Positions 13,052-26,500 of a stretch of 64,000 nt of DNA are shown here, piece after piece. The DNA comes from Microthyrium microscopicum (taxonomy: Eukaryota), in the NCBI GenBank assembly GCA_010405405.1, contig MU004240.1, positions 960,882-1,024,881 on the forward strand, in the 5' to 3' direction. A model generated the notes under the pieces. That model saw nothing but the letters and a program-made list of their open reading frames with translations. It did no database searches and had not been told where the DNA came from. The position numbers and the translations under genes are program-made. The first letter of the stretch is position 1, and each line of letters begins with the position of its first letter.

Positions 13052-14121
13052 CTAGTACACTATGGTACGTTTCTTAAAGTTCTTAAGATCGCTTTTCAGG
13101 TTCGCAATCCGCCGCTTGTGCGCATCGATCTGTATTTGGGTGTGATTCCAGCTATCCGATAAATCCAAGCGATACTGTGTCCGCTCTGTCAGCGGAGCAA
13201 GTCCTTCGACCGTGTCGTTTCTCTCGAGAAGTCTAACATTTCACGATAGACGTTAGCCTTTGTTCGCAAATAAATCATCTTGGAGGTCTAAAGAAGAGAA
13301 CGTACCTTGGTGCATGTAGTCTGTTAAAAGCTTCTTCGATCTTACGGTTGTAGCATAAGGGTGATATTGGTACATTGAAGCTTAGACTCCACGTGTATCC
13401 CGCGTTGTTGATATCGCCATCATGGGCGTCGGGGGTTTCGTGGAAAGACCAATCAGTCACCGATCTACAAGAGCCCCCGAAGCCATCTCGAACAATCAAA
13501 CCCTGTGGTCCCAGTGCCTGTAAAGAATTAGCTCTTAGGCTTTGCTGCCTAGCTAGGCAATAACAGCTCACCTCTTTGTAGTCCCAGTACTTTTCGCCAT
13601 AATGCTTCGATGGATCCGCATAGTTGACTCTTCCGACTCCAACAAACCACCACCTGGCATAAAAAACCCTGTAGCTTCGCAGAATTAGTAGGAGAGCCGA
13701 TGGTAGAGCAAAAGAAGACACACCGCGTATAACTACATGTACCTAGTATGTGAGCATTACCTAGGAACGTTAATAAGGATATTGATAGTAGAACTAGGCG
13801 TAGATGATCAAGCAATCCGAGATTTGACACGGGCATAAGAAAGGGAATGCTCACATTTTCCATCAAAATTTGGGACGGTGGGCAGGTCAGGAAATCCAGG
13901 GTTCTTGAACTGTACAATCGTCAGTATAAAACAAGCATTATGATAAAGCTTTGATGATTTCCACTTACCTCCTCAAGCTCTTTGATCATCGCTTCTTCGT
14001 GCATAATCTCACGTTCAACCTGCTGCCTGTCGCGTGACGCAACTTGAAGCATAGCTGGCCAAGTAGCTGCGATGGCGACCAAAAGGCCCAGTATGAGTAT
14101 GAACAACCGCATGGTAATCAT
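13052..14121 (-). CDS. Secreted multi-exon Cys-containing protein, KP6-like effector candidate; probably prematurely stopped (frame continues to 13001)
   Basis: Signal peptide MRLFILILGLLVAIAA. Hand-spliced product: ...FDGKCNAHILGTCSYTRYRVFYARWWFVG...GGSCRSVTDWSFHETPD...WSLSFNVPISPLCYNRKIEEA...KRTIVY*YNCQE...K*. Donors GTAAGT (13968), GTGAGC (13854), GTGTGT, GTGAGC, GTACGT with matching acceptors. Confidence 0.7.
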
Positions 14122-14557
14122 GAGTTTTGGCTGACCAGTTTAGATCCGTAGAAGAAAGATGAAGAAATGGAGTTATCTTTTAGGCGTTCAGGCCAGAGCC
14201 AATTTTTATTTATGCAGTGGGCTTCCAGAGTCTGGTATAAAAATTTCTATTAGCGCCAGCAAAATAATCTGTGCGAATCTAGCTTACATTCTTAACCGTA
14301 CCGTTCTTCTTGACTCTACTATCTAGGTAGGCACCAGTCTATTGGATTATAGGGCCCTTGTGCGTTGTGTTCTGGGGCAGCTAGATCGTATCTAGTCGTT
14401 AACTCAGCTGGTTGCTTTGTTCTAAAGAGTTTAGCATATGGACAAATCATTTCTTCTGCTCATATAGTTTGAAATGGTGCGATATTAGAGGGTATCCATA
14501 CTAAGTGAACAGGATACCCTCCACTAACCACGTTTGAATGTCATTTCTTTAGCATTA

Positions 14558-16292
14558 CTAGAAAATCCATCTGATCGCGGTTTGTATTTTCCCCTTCCAT
14601 CCTGGTAGATGTTCTTTGTCCAGTTCGCCAGGCTGAACCACGTAAACATCAGACTCTAGATCCATTTCTTCCAATTTCACGATTTCCGTCTTCTTGACAA
14701 GTTTCCACCCCACATACATTACCAACATGACTGGAATCTCAATATAGTAGGAAACGAAATCCACAGCACTAAACTTGGGGCTGAAGCTGCTCCATCCTTG
14801 AACCAGAACTAGCACAATATTAAGTATAACAGAAAACCAAGGACCATAAGGGTATGTCCAGTTCTTGAACGGCAGTAAGTGCGTTTTGCCTTGTCTCTCG
14901 AGTCCAGCACGGAAGCGTATAGATGCAACGCCGATACAGATCCAGGATATTTGGTTTGATACGCTGCTTACATTAGCCTAGGAAAACCTCTAAGTCTTAT
15001 ATGACTCACCCAACAATGTTTTGCAACCAAGACCACAGTTGTCCGGCTCCAATGAAACTTGCGCCAAAGCAAAGACCGGAAACAGCTCCAGTTGTTAAGA
15101 CTGCTATCCAAGGAACTTGGTTTCGATTGAGATTCCCAAAGAAAGATGGTGCATGTCGATCTACTGCAAGTGTATAGAGCAACCGTGTTCCAGCGAAAAG
15201 AGCGTGATTTCCAGCAGAGAGAACACTTGTCATGATGACCGCGTTGATGAAACTTCCAGCCGCTGTAGAGCCAGCCATTTGAAATACGATAGTGAAGGGA
15301 CTAGTGGCAGATGATTTTGTTGATAAATTCGGCGTGTTGTATGGAACGTTAAGGCCTATTAGTAGAACTGACAGGACGTAAAATAGTAAGATGCGCCAAA
15401 ACACATTCTTCACTACTCGAGGAAGGTTTTTGGTTGGGTTCTTAGTCTCTCCCGCGGTGATAGCAATTGATTCCGTACCTCCATAAGCAAAAGAGGCTGT
15501 TACAAAAACGGAGGCGAAGCCACCAATTCCACCAACGAACGGGGCACCTGGTAAGTGCCAGTTTTCACCACCAATATAATGATGGGCTTTGTTTCCACCA
15601 GCGTTAACTGCAATTCCTAGGATAATAAAGATAATAATGGTGATAACCTTGAGCAGGCTGAGCCAGTATTCGAGCTGCATCAAATTTAGCACAAGTCCAC
15701 GAAATTAAGCAATAAGTAAACGTACCTCGCCATATGCTCTTACAGTGATGATGTTGACCCCAACTAAGACGAACCAGAAAATCAAACTCAGCGCCCAGCC
15801 TGGGAAATTGGTGTTCCAATATGTCAAAACCAGTTGTAAAGCAATCAGGTCCGATGCAGTGCTTACGGCGTCGTTGAACCAATAATTCCAGGTCAGAGCG
15901 AAACCAAGAGCATCGTCGACAAATCGGCCGGCAAATGTGCAGAAGGAACCAGCTATCGGAACAAAAGCTGCCATCTCACCCAGAGACAACATAGTCAGGA
16001 AGACGATCACGCCGACGATAATATATGCGATGAGTATTGAAGCTGGACCACCAGTGGCTAATGATTTACCAGTGCCGAGGAATAAACCAGTGCCAATTGT
16101 ACCCCCGATAGCTATCATTTGCACTTGACGAGCTGAGAGCTTTCGTGCCAGCTTATCAGCAATGACATGCTGATGTTCCGCGGCATCCCCATCATATATG
16201 GGAGGGGAGTTCCCATAAAGGTCCTTTTCTATTCCAGAGTGTTCTGGTATTGCCTGCGGCTTTCCTGTGTTGTAAGAACTGTTCTCTGCCAT
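14558..16292 (-). CDS. Amino acid permease (APC superfamily, yeast amino acid transporter type)
   Basis: RQVQMIAIGGTIGTGLFLG, EMAAFVPIAGSF, FAYGGTESIAITAGETKNP, about 12 TM segments, short introns. Confidence 0.95.
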
Positions 16293-17998
16293 GACTACAA
16301 TGAGTCCTGGTAGCGGCGCCTCGAATTGCTTGTTGGTTTTCTGGGCTCCTGACTTATCATCCAAGGTGATATTACTCGATGAAGAGTAGGTGATCCGAGT
16401 ACCTGGAAGATCCGGATAAAGCTTGAGTGCAAAGTTGCATTTCGTTCAATGCAAGGTAGTAGTCGGAATAATATACTCTATTTTGTAGTGTATTTTGCAG
16501 TGCTCCACTGTAACCAGTCGGGCCACACTTTTCAGGTCAGAGTAATGGCGTAAGAAAAGCCGCAGAATAGTGATACTATTTTGCGGACCCTATCCCCGTC
16601 TTCCTAATGCTCAAAAGGTCTGCCTCGTATCCAACGCGTTCGTGGGGTTTATGAGAAGAGGTTGAAGTTGACCCTACCGGATATCGACCGGGGTAAAAGA
16701 ATACTGCACGTTTACTGGTACAAGACAGCAGTTTGATACAGCGGTAACCCTGCTAGGAGCAGCTTGTTGATACAGGTAATTAACTCATCGAAGGTATTGT
16801 CAGCGAAGCAGAGATAATCCAAAAGGTCAATACACATTTCAAGCTTTTATTACAGAATGAAACGGTTCGGTCTTGGGCAATCCTGCTGGAAATGTAACGT
16901 CCCAATTACTTGGACAAATGGCGTGATTTGGGTCGGGCTATCTTACGTAAATCATGTGTATAAATTGGAGCAAAATGGAGATTTTGACGAGAAATCGACT
17001 ACAAAGTATAATCATGATACACATTTTATTTGAATTCTTTGGCATTACAGCAACCGCCGATGAGCTACATTTCCGCATGGTCTTCAACCATAGGTAATTT
17101 AAGTACTGTTGTGTTATTGAGGAGCCTAACAAATGCGCAAGTCTGAGCTGGCTTCTCAATCTCATAGGACTTTTCACTCGAAACGCACGATATCTCTGTA
17201 GCAGAGACTGAGCCTTCCTCTTCACATGACAGCTCCTACTACAGCAAAGATAGAAAAGTTTTCAAGCTGGGCGACGTATCGCGAGTTCAAGGAAAGAACC
17301 TAGCTAAGAGTCATGCTCAAATTATCTATTTACTACTCTTGTCTTCCCATGAACTACTGTACTAGTAATTTGAGCAGGAGAAGATAGAGTCGGCAAGAAT
17401 CCTCAATGGCAACATGCTCGCTTTTTCCAAGATATCATGGTAGCACGAGATGATCAATGGAAAGTGCCTTACTGTTTCTCGGATACCGAATTTGAAACCT
17501 ATGTTGAAGTTGCATATTACTTGAGCTCAACGGCAATTTGACAACTACTAATTAGTATGACCAACAGCTTGTACGCAGCAATACTGACTGATGGATCAAT
17601 TTTCGATAAGCTAAGGAGGTGGCGCAGACGCTGATCCATCGCTGTAGGTTGCGATTTCGGTTCTCTCGTGATGTATAAATGTCCTCATGTGCCTCGCAGT
17701 TTTGGTACGAGGTATATATCGATGCTGGATAATCCTCCGCGAAATATGAAGGCCGCCGGACCATGTTAATGCAAACAGAGATCTTGATGGTGGTGGAGAA
17801 TGGGAGCTTGGGGAGGTCGGCGATGTGGCACATTAAATGTTGACGATCGATAAGATCAGATGTGAGCAGGGGTTGAAGCTTCAACTCTAAAAATAGCCTA
17901 GCGTTCAACAATGTGTCCGTTTCGCGATCAGAATTATTGACAACTTCAAGATACAACTGTCGCATACCGCTAACATCCCGTCTACCGGTCATGTCGCC

Positions 17999-19457
17999 AT
18001 GACCGTTTCTCCCCAATTTTCAAGGACCGAGTCCTGGGCTCTCACAACCCTCACCATTGCATGCTTTGGAGTTCTTGCCAATGTCTTCCAGGGCGATGGA
18101 AATCCGGTGTCAGCCTCGCTGGCATTTAGCGGAATATGCTACACATCTACTTATTGTATGATAAAATGGCTAGGCGCAACCTTTATAAAGGCCAATTTGA
18201 AGGGCCGCGACATGTCAAAGCTGAAGAAGGTTGAGATGTGCGTCCATACCAAACTCCAATCTTGCTACTCCGACTAACACGACTTCCAGACCTGAAGCCA
18301 TGGGTGCTGTAGCCGCGATCGTATATCTTCTAGCCATCATAACCTTCATACCATTTCCTTTCTACAAAGACATTGTCACCGCGACATCGGGTGGTGGAAA
18401 TCGCGACTTTGTCATCGAAGCACAACACATCGAAACCGGACGCCTCCTACACAAGTTTCCGCATAATAAACTTGCTTCTTACCTTTCCGCGATCCTCTCC
18501 CTCCAGGTGATCGTTATTCTAGGCATAGGCGATGATTTATTCGATATCAGATGGCGACACAAAGTGTTGATCCCGGCCTTTGGCGCAATTCCAGTTCTCA
18601 TTGTCTACTTTGTCGACTTTGGCGTAACTCAAATCAGCCTGCCCACGTTCCTACGTCCATACGTTGGCGGTCGCGAGCTAGTAGATCTTGGAGTTCTTTA
18701 TTACCTCTACATGGCTGGTTTTGCTATATTCTGCCCGAACAGTATCAACATTCTGGCTGGTATCAATGGCATCGAGGTGGCACAATCTCTCGTCCTTGCG
18801 CTCCTCATCCTTCTAAACGACGTCCTATACCTCCTTCCAAGCGCACCATATCCACATCCTGCGATCGATTCCCATCTCTTCTCGGTCTACCTCTTGCTGC
18901 CATTCGTAGGCGTCTCGCTCGCACTACTCAAGCACAATTGGTTTCCATCGAAAGTGTTTGTGGGCGATACATACTGCTATTTTGCCGGTATGCTCTTTGC
19001 CGTAGATGGTATATTAGGACATTTCAGCAAAACACTCTGGCTTCTACTGATACCCCAAGTGTTCAACTTTATTTATTCCGCCCCACAGATCCTACATCTG
19101 GTGCCATGTCCACGCCATCGACTGCCACATTTCAACGTGCGTACTGGACTTATGGAACCGTCAAGAGTAACGTTTGAGCGCCCACTACGACCGATCATCC
19201 AAACAGTCATGAAGATAGCGGCTGCCGTCAAACTATTGGATATAAAAACCGACGAGAGCGGAAACATAATCGAGTCCTCAAACTTCACCATCATAAACCT
19301 CTGGCTAGTCTGGTTCGGCCCCATGCGCGAAGATCGTCTCGCAATGGGATTAATCGCTCTCCAAATAGCCTGCGGTCTCCTTGGCCTCTTTATCCGGCAC
19401 AAACTAGCCCTGCTGATATTCACATCGGATAACTTGCAACATAGTAGCATAATTTAG
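17999..19457 (+). CDS. ALG7: UDP-GlcNAc:dolichyl-phosphate GlcNAc-1-phosphotransferase (GPT/DPAGT1)
   Basis: LKGRDMSK, PEAMG, GDDLFDIRWRHK, NSINILAGINGIE, VFVGDTYCYFAG, CPRHRLP. One intron at 18238-18289. Confidence 0.97.
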
Positions 19458-19589
19458 ACGTTCCAATGAAATTTACTGTATATATCCAACCTACTCCATC
19501 GCCATGCATCTATTGTATAACGAACGAGGGGTATATATCTAACTACTAATCAAAGAGTACCCTCAAGATCTCATATCAGAACGAACGTG

Positions 19590-21939
19590 CTATAAAGGCG
19601 GCAAAGGCGGACTTGCATCCCCCAAACCTCGACTATCCCTCCTCAACAGTCCCACACTCTGCTCTTCACTCCCTCCCTGCTCCCCCATAATCCAACTTGC
19701 CGGTCTTTCCCCATCCCTCCGCACCAACAGAGGCGGGTCCACCGTCCCAATACTCTCCCCCCTTGCACGCCCACTGCTCGTCGCGACCGCCGTATACCGC
19801 ACACCATTCACCAGCGTCGTCGTGCCGGGGACTAAACCTGCTACGATTGCTGCGCGGTCGGTTGGACTAGATGCTGTATTTGGTGGTGCGTTGATAGCTG
19901 AATGGCCGTACGTGACTCCGTGGCTGTTGATGCCTTGTGTAGTGGAGGACGATGTGTAGGGCCGGTCAGGAACTGGGAGGTGGAATTTTTGGTAGGGAAG
20001 GGTTGTGGGGATGCCGCTGGGGTTTGTGGACCAGGTACCTATTGCGCGGGATTCGAATGCTGATTCTGGGAATGTTAGTGCTTGAGTGGATGAGTAGGAA
20101 GGGGATCTTACGGAGGAGGGGGAGGAGAGCGTTGGTGCGCCATTCGAGGCGGCGGTAGGAACCGATGTCGCGGGTGCGTTGGATTGTGGATACGATGGAT
20201 GGCAGGAAGATGTTGGTGAGGATTATGAAGCTGCCCAGAATGAGGAGAAGGAGAAGGCCGAGAAAGCTGAAAGAAGTGTAGGCGTCGGAGGGGGCCGCTT
20301 GCATGTTACAAAGGGAGTTTGCGGCGGGATTTGCGGCAAAGAACGTATCTGGCCGAGCGGAGGGGTTTGTGGGAACGGCGATGAAGGATTGTTGGAGAGC
20401 GACGAGGCTTATTGCAAACCAGTATTCCATTTCGCGGACGGTTTGGTTGTTGGCTAGTGGTGTGCTGTATGTCTGGCCAGAGTCTGAAAAGCCCTGCTGT
20501 GTAGATGCGAGTAACGCATCTGCTTGGAGGCCACTAAAGATATTGCCCAGCTGGGCAAAGGAAGCGGCGGTTTGAATGTTGGTGATGGTAGCATGCTGGA
20601 TTGCTGTCAATCCATCGTCGTCCCATAGATGGAAGCTGCCGTCTTTGGCATGACCAATATCCTCCCATCCACCTTTTCGAGTGCAGAGACCGTTCAGGGG
20701 GTTACAAAACTGATATGTGGTAACACAGCCAAAGGCAGAATAAGAGCGCCCCATCAATGTGCCATTGTTATCAATTGGCCCAAAGAGTGTATCATTGAAT
20801 GTGCCAGAGTATAGAGCCGTGTTGGTCAAGATCGCAATATCCAAGTCTCCAAATTCGGGACGAAGTCCATCCGCCGCAGAGTAAGTAGCGTTCTCAGCCG
20901 GAGTTGTATTGGCATAGACTGTCGCATAATCAAAGTGATAAGGACTTTGACTGAGTCCCGCAGCATCGGAATATATTGTGCTAAGAGGTGGATCCGTGAA
21001 GTTGTAAGAAACTTGATATGCGACCCCTTCGAACACATCAGTGCCTGTAATCGTAAGAAACCCATCTTGAGGTGTATCTGGCAAGGCAGAACATGTTCTC
21101 TCGTGACGAAGATTGATTTGATCTTGAGGTCCGGCATTGAGTCCCAGATGAGTGTTGGAATTGATTAGAGTGCTAGTGATCCTCACTGCGCCTTCCTCAC
21201 TAATCCGACACATCTTTGGATCTGGAAATGGACATGGAACATTGGTCGTGATTGCGTAATTGATGTTCGAAGAGGCAAAGGCTTTCTGCGAACTGCATGC
21301 ATCCGGATAACTCAAAGCCTGAGCGACTCCTGGGTAGCAAGGCTTTGCATAGTTTCCACTCTCTTGCAGCAATTGCCGTTGAATTGCCCAAGAGTCCACA
21401 TTAGTTTTGCCTTTAGTGCTGAGTTCAGGCCAGATTCCGCAGTTTTCTATACCTTTGAGCAATACCAATCCATTCGCGCCACTGAGGGCGACGCGAGAAC
21501 TCAATAGCGTCGCTGCAGTCCATATCGCAAGATGAGCAGCAGCTAATATGATAAAAGGTGTTTGTCTTCTCCATACTAATGCCGCACGGTCTTTCCAGGC
21601 CCATGATATACGACCAAGGTTTATGAGTGTTGAAAGGGGTCCGGAAGAATTTCGTAAGATAGTCTGTCGTTGGTGATAAAGTCCATCGCGAGCCAAAGCA
21701 TCTGATCTTATTTGGTGTGCCACAAAACAAAAGATACCTAATAACGAATGTTAGCATCCTGTCGTGAACACAATAATTGACTTACTCCAGAAATTCGAAC
21801 CAACGATATATACAAAAGTTGCAAAGAATGCGATTAGAATATGAGCCTTATCGTTGGATAAAGTGATGGTTTGGCCATGAACTTTTCCTTTTGACCAATC
21901 AACCCAATACCCCTGATGTGCGATGCTCGCCTGAACCAT
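19590..21939 (-). CDS. Uncharacterised fungal membrane protein (about 3 TM, large Cys-containing luminal domain)
   Basis: N-terminus GYWVDWSKGKVHGQTITLS plus TM, GLYHQRQTILRNS, CPFPDPKMC, GCVTTYQFCNP, SFSFLGLLLLLILG, LEWRTN. Introns at ~21785-21730 and 20111-20067 give a continuous frame to 19590. Confidence 0.82.
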
Positions 21940-23297
21940 ACTATCAACAGTTAAGCTGAAGTACTCGCCCCATAACAATACATGAATAAGAATATACGAA
22001 AATGCAAAATAGAATCGGGCTACAAGTCGGGACCACCTCACCTACTTGTAAGTATATGCCTCCTCTCTACATTTTATTGAATCAGGCTATCAGCTAAAGA
22101 GCTTTGAACTGCCACTGCAATCGACAGATGAAACAAAGTAAAAGAACCAATACCATTGGATGGCGTTATTATTGGAATATTTTGGGGTGGCTGAGCAGAG
22201 GGGTTCTTCCAGAGAAGATGTCATGCAGGCTCAGACTTGCGCATAAGAAAAGCCTTGACGCCTTCCTAGTTGGGCGGTTAGAACGTCACGATGTTTGGAT
22301 CGTGGTGTTGAGGTTACCACAAGGCATAGCGGTCATAACGATGGGCCTACACCTTTCGGCAGTTCAACACCACTCTTTTGACCATGATGCAGACGATGGT
22401 GCATCAGAGAAGATTTCTCTTCCTTTGAAGTGAAAATAAAATTCGTGTTAAATGAGGCTTTGGGGCCGCCGAGTTTTGGCGGACATTTTGGCTTGAAGCT
22501 GCGGCGTTGTTTTGATAGCACCAATCATGGAGTCGGAAGAGCGCCACTTTGCAGGCAAGCTTCCCCACGAACACTCGTCAAAGTCAGCATGATGGAGTTC
22601 TAATTTTAGATAGTGGTTGGCTGTCATCTTAAGACTTAAAGGAGTCGAGAAATATGAGACATCAACGAATTAGGTGATGATTGTTCTAGACCCCATCGCC
22701 AAAGTGATGTAAGCACAACAGTCCATCAGTTCCTTGCAGGGCAACGTTATATCGACTTGAATGAACTTTGGTTAAAGACTCAAGAGAGGGGAGTGGTTGC
22801 TCATAGTGTTCAAACATGTTTCTATTCGAAAGCTATTGAAGCAAACTTTAAGCTCTAGACGGCATAGCTTGACGCTCATCAGACCCAGGACTGCGGAGAA
22901 GTTCTTGATAAGTTGATGCAGAGCACTAACAATTGCTTTGTAAATAGTAGTTGGGTCAAGAATTTCCATCACCAGAAGCTGCGGTGCAAGATTCTCGCAT
23001 GGCAGACAGCGCAAGAAAAGATAGAAGTCGCAATGGACAAGAAAGGAAGTCGCGACGCGCTACTGCTCATGCTTCCAGCCTGCAACTCGTACTCTACAGT
23101 TGGTAGTAATCGCGTTCCGCCCATGTCAATATCGGTGATCAAATACCGCTTTGAAGAACCGTTATGATATGGCATCTGATATGCAAGTCTGCTAGAAGTT
23201 GCAGTGCAAAAGTGCATATGATCAACAACTGCCGACATGTGAAGAAAGAAAAGCGCGGGGATTCCACGCTAACCAATCACGGAAAGCCCTCGCATTG

Positions 23298-23413
23298 CCT
23301 CGGTCCCGGAACGTCATTCATCACTCAACAACAGTTACCAAAGCCCAGAGAGACCGCGGGTTCATCACCTGCTACTGTGCATGGATCAGGACATTTGATA
23401 TTATTGCCCTCGG
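23298..23413 (+). promoter_or_regulatory. Two CCTCGG elements (FarA/FarB, CTF1-type fatty-acid response sites) upstream of FOX2
   Basis: CCTCGG at 23298-23303 and 23408-23413, about 240 and 130 bp before the FOX2 ATG. This hexamer is the established FarA/FarB site in beta-oxidation promoters of filamentous ascomycetes. Confidence 0.7.
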
Positions 23414-23536
23414 TGTTTTGTTGGCCTCTTTTTTTCCTACCACTTCCGCTTCAATTCTCCATCCCTTCCTCCCTTCTCCTTCCTCACGCGCAACACATCT
23501 CTACCTTCCACGACTCTATTATACTATTCATTAGCT

Positions 23537-26500
23537 ATGGCAGGCTCAGAGCTCCGCTATGACGGCCAGACCGTCGTCGTTACTGGCGCTGGTGGTGGTT
23601 TGGGAAAAGCATATGCCGTATTCTTCGGTTCAAGAGGTGCTAATGTCGTTGTAAACGATCTTGGTGGTTCTTTCAAGGGAGAAGGTACTTCATCAAAGGT
23701 GCGTCAGTTCCAAGCTATCCCGACATGTGAAACTAGAAGCTATGCCAATGGCTTGATCTGGACCACTACATGGGCTCAATGGATCATCGCTAACATTCTA
23801 CCTCTAGGCCGCCGATGTCGTTGTCGACGAGATTAAGAAGGCTGGTGGAAAGGCTGTTGCCAACTACGACAGTGTCGAGTTTGGCGAGAAGATCATTGAT
23901 ACTGCCATTCAAAATTTCGGACGTGTCGATATTCTCATTAATAACGCTGGTATCCTTCGGGATGTTAGCTTCAAGAACATGAAAGATGCGGACTGGGATC
24001 TCATCAACCAGGTTCACGTCAAGGGAGCTTACAAGGTATGTTTGAAAGCTATAATTCCGAAGATCTTATCTAAACCCTCCAGTGCGCTCGTGCTGCTTGG
24101 CCACATTTCAGGAAACAAAAGTATGGCCGTGTTATCAACACTGCGTCAGCTGCTGGTCTTTTCGGAAGCTTTGGTCAAACCAACTACTCTGGTAAGTACT
24201 TTGTACTGCTCAAATGTTCTTCTCTAACAGTTTCTAGCGGCCAAGCTTGCTCAAGTTGGATTTACCGAGACCCTGGCCAAGGAAGGCGCCAAATATAACA
24301 TTATCGCCAATGTCATTGCACCGATTGCTGCAAGCCGTATGACAGAAACTGTCATGCCACCGGATGTTTTGGAGAACCTCAAGCCAGACTGGGTTGTACC
24401 TCTCGTAGCTGTCCTGACTCACTCATCCAACAAGAGCGAAAGCGGATCAATCTTTGAAGTTGGTGGTGGACACATTGCTAAACTTCGATGGGAGCGATCA
24501 AAGGGTGCTCTCTGCAAAGCCGACGAGACTTTCACCCCAGGTTCCATTCTCGCCAAGTGGGCTGATGTCAACGACTTTTCCAAGCCAGAATACCCAGATG
24601 GTCCAGCCAACTTCTTGGAACTCCTCGAACAAGCCAAGCAACTTCCCTCCAACCCTCCAGCTGAGAAGCTCGACTTTACAGGAAAGGTCGTCTTGATCAC
24701 CGGAAGTGGTGCTGGGTAAGTGCATCTCAATTTTCATCAATTGTCTTACTAACATTTCTCAGTATCGGTCGCGCTTATGCCCTTCTTTTCGCTAAGCACG
24801 GCGCTAAGCTCGTCATCAACGATTTGGTTAACCCCGATGATGTTGTCGCCGAAATCAAGAAGGCCGGCGGTGAAGCTGTTCCAGTCAAGGCCTCTGCTGA
24901 AGATGGTGATGCTGTTGTCAAGGCTGCCATTGATGCTTATGGCCGTATCGATGTCATTGTCAACAACGCCGGTATTCTCCGCGACAAAGCTTTCACCAAC
25001 ATGGATGACAAGCTTTGGGATCAAGTTATGAACGTCCATCTCCGTGGAACCTACAAGGTTTCCAAGGCTGCTTGGCCATATTTCTTGAAGCAGAAGTACG
25101 GACGTGTCATCAACACTACCAGCACCAGCGGTATCTATGGTAACTTTGGTCAAGCCAACTACTCCGCTGCCAAGTGTGGTATTCTTGGTTTCTCTCGTGC
25201 TCTTGCTCGTGAGGGCGCCAAGTACAATATCTTTGTCAACACTATTGCACCAAACGCTGGTACTGCCATGACCGCCACCATTATGCCACCAGAGCTTGTT
25301 CAAGCTTTCAAGCCAGAATATATCGCACCAATGGTTGTTCTCCTAGCCTCAGACAAGTGCCCAGACCCAACTGGCGGACTCTATGAAGTCGGTAGCGCAT
25401 GGCAAGGACGAACAAGATGGCAGCGAACTGGTGGCCACGGCTTCCCTATCGATGTCAAGCTGACCCCTGAGGCTGTTCTCACCAAGTGGGAAAAGATTGT
25501 CGATTTCAATGATGGCCGCGCAGACCACCCTGAGAGCGCTCAAGATGGACTACAATCCATCATGGCCAACATGTCAAACAAGAGTGGAGGCAAAGGTAAA
25601 CTATAACCCCTCCATCTTGCCTTTTTGTTAGCTGTTTGAATCTCGCTGTAATTGTATATATGCTTGATCTTCAAAAAAAAGTTATAGAATGACAAGTAAC
25701 ATTTTCAACGTATAGGTGCCTCTCCCGCTGCTGCCAAAGAACCTGCCGGTGGCAACGAGTATTTGACCAATATTAAGAAATTCAAGGCCATCACCTCTGC
25801 TGGAACCGACTACGTCTACGATGACAGAGATGTCATCCTTTACAGTAAGCCTCACCATATCTCCCTCCCCAATCCCACTTTCTAACAATATATCCCATAG
25901 ATCTCGGAATCGGCGCCAAACGCACCGATTTAAACCTCGTCTACGAAAACTCCGATGCCTTCACCCCCCTCCCCTCCTTCGGCGTCATCCCTCCCTTCAA
26001 CGCCGTTCCCGCCTTTGACTTTTCCGACCTCCTCCCCAACTTCTCCCCCATGATGCTGCTCCACGGCGAACAATACCTCGAGATCCGCCAATTCCCCATC
26101 CCAACCTCCGGCACCCTAACATCCACCGTCAACCTCATCGATGTCGTCGACAAAGGCAAGAGCGGTATCATCGTCACCGGCCAAACCACCAAAGACGCCC
26201 AAGGCCGCGACGTCTTCTACAACGAAGCCACCGTCTTCGTCCGCGGCGCCGGCGGTTTCAACGGCCCCCGCGCAATGGCCGAGCGCGGCGCCAGCACCGC
26301 ATCCAACACGCCCCCTAAGAGAGCGCCAGATACGGTAGTAGAAGAGAAAACGAGCGATGACCAAGCGGCGCTCTACCGACTCAGCGGAGATAGAAATCCG
26401 CTACATATTGACCCAGAGTTTAGCAAAGTAGGTGGATTCAAGGAACCTATTCTGCACGGTCTGTGCTTCTTTGGCATTGCGACGAAACATGTGGTGCAGA

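Noticed and set aside
17133..22244. Exact 16-bp inverted repeat (ATGCGCAAGTCTGAGC at 17133; complement at 22229) flanking ALG7 and the next gene
   Set aside because: About one 16-mer match is expected by chance in 64 kb. There is no target-site duplication or transposase, and the enclosed gene is a core gene.
22100..23200. Protein-like fragments on the minus strand (MSNHSPLLSL*, HEFYFHFKGREIF)
   Set aside because: Possibly an old pseudogene, but no recognisable family and multiple stops.
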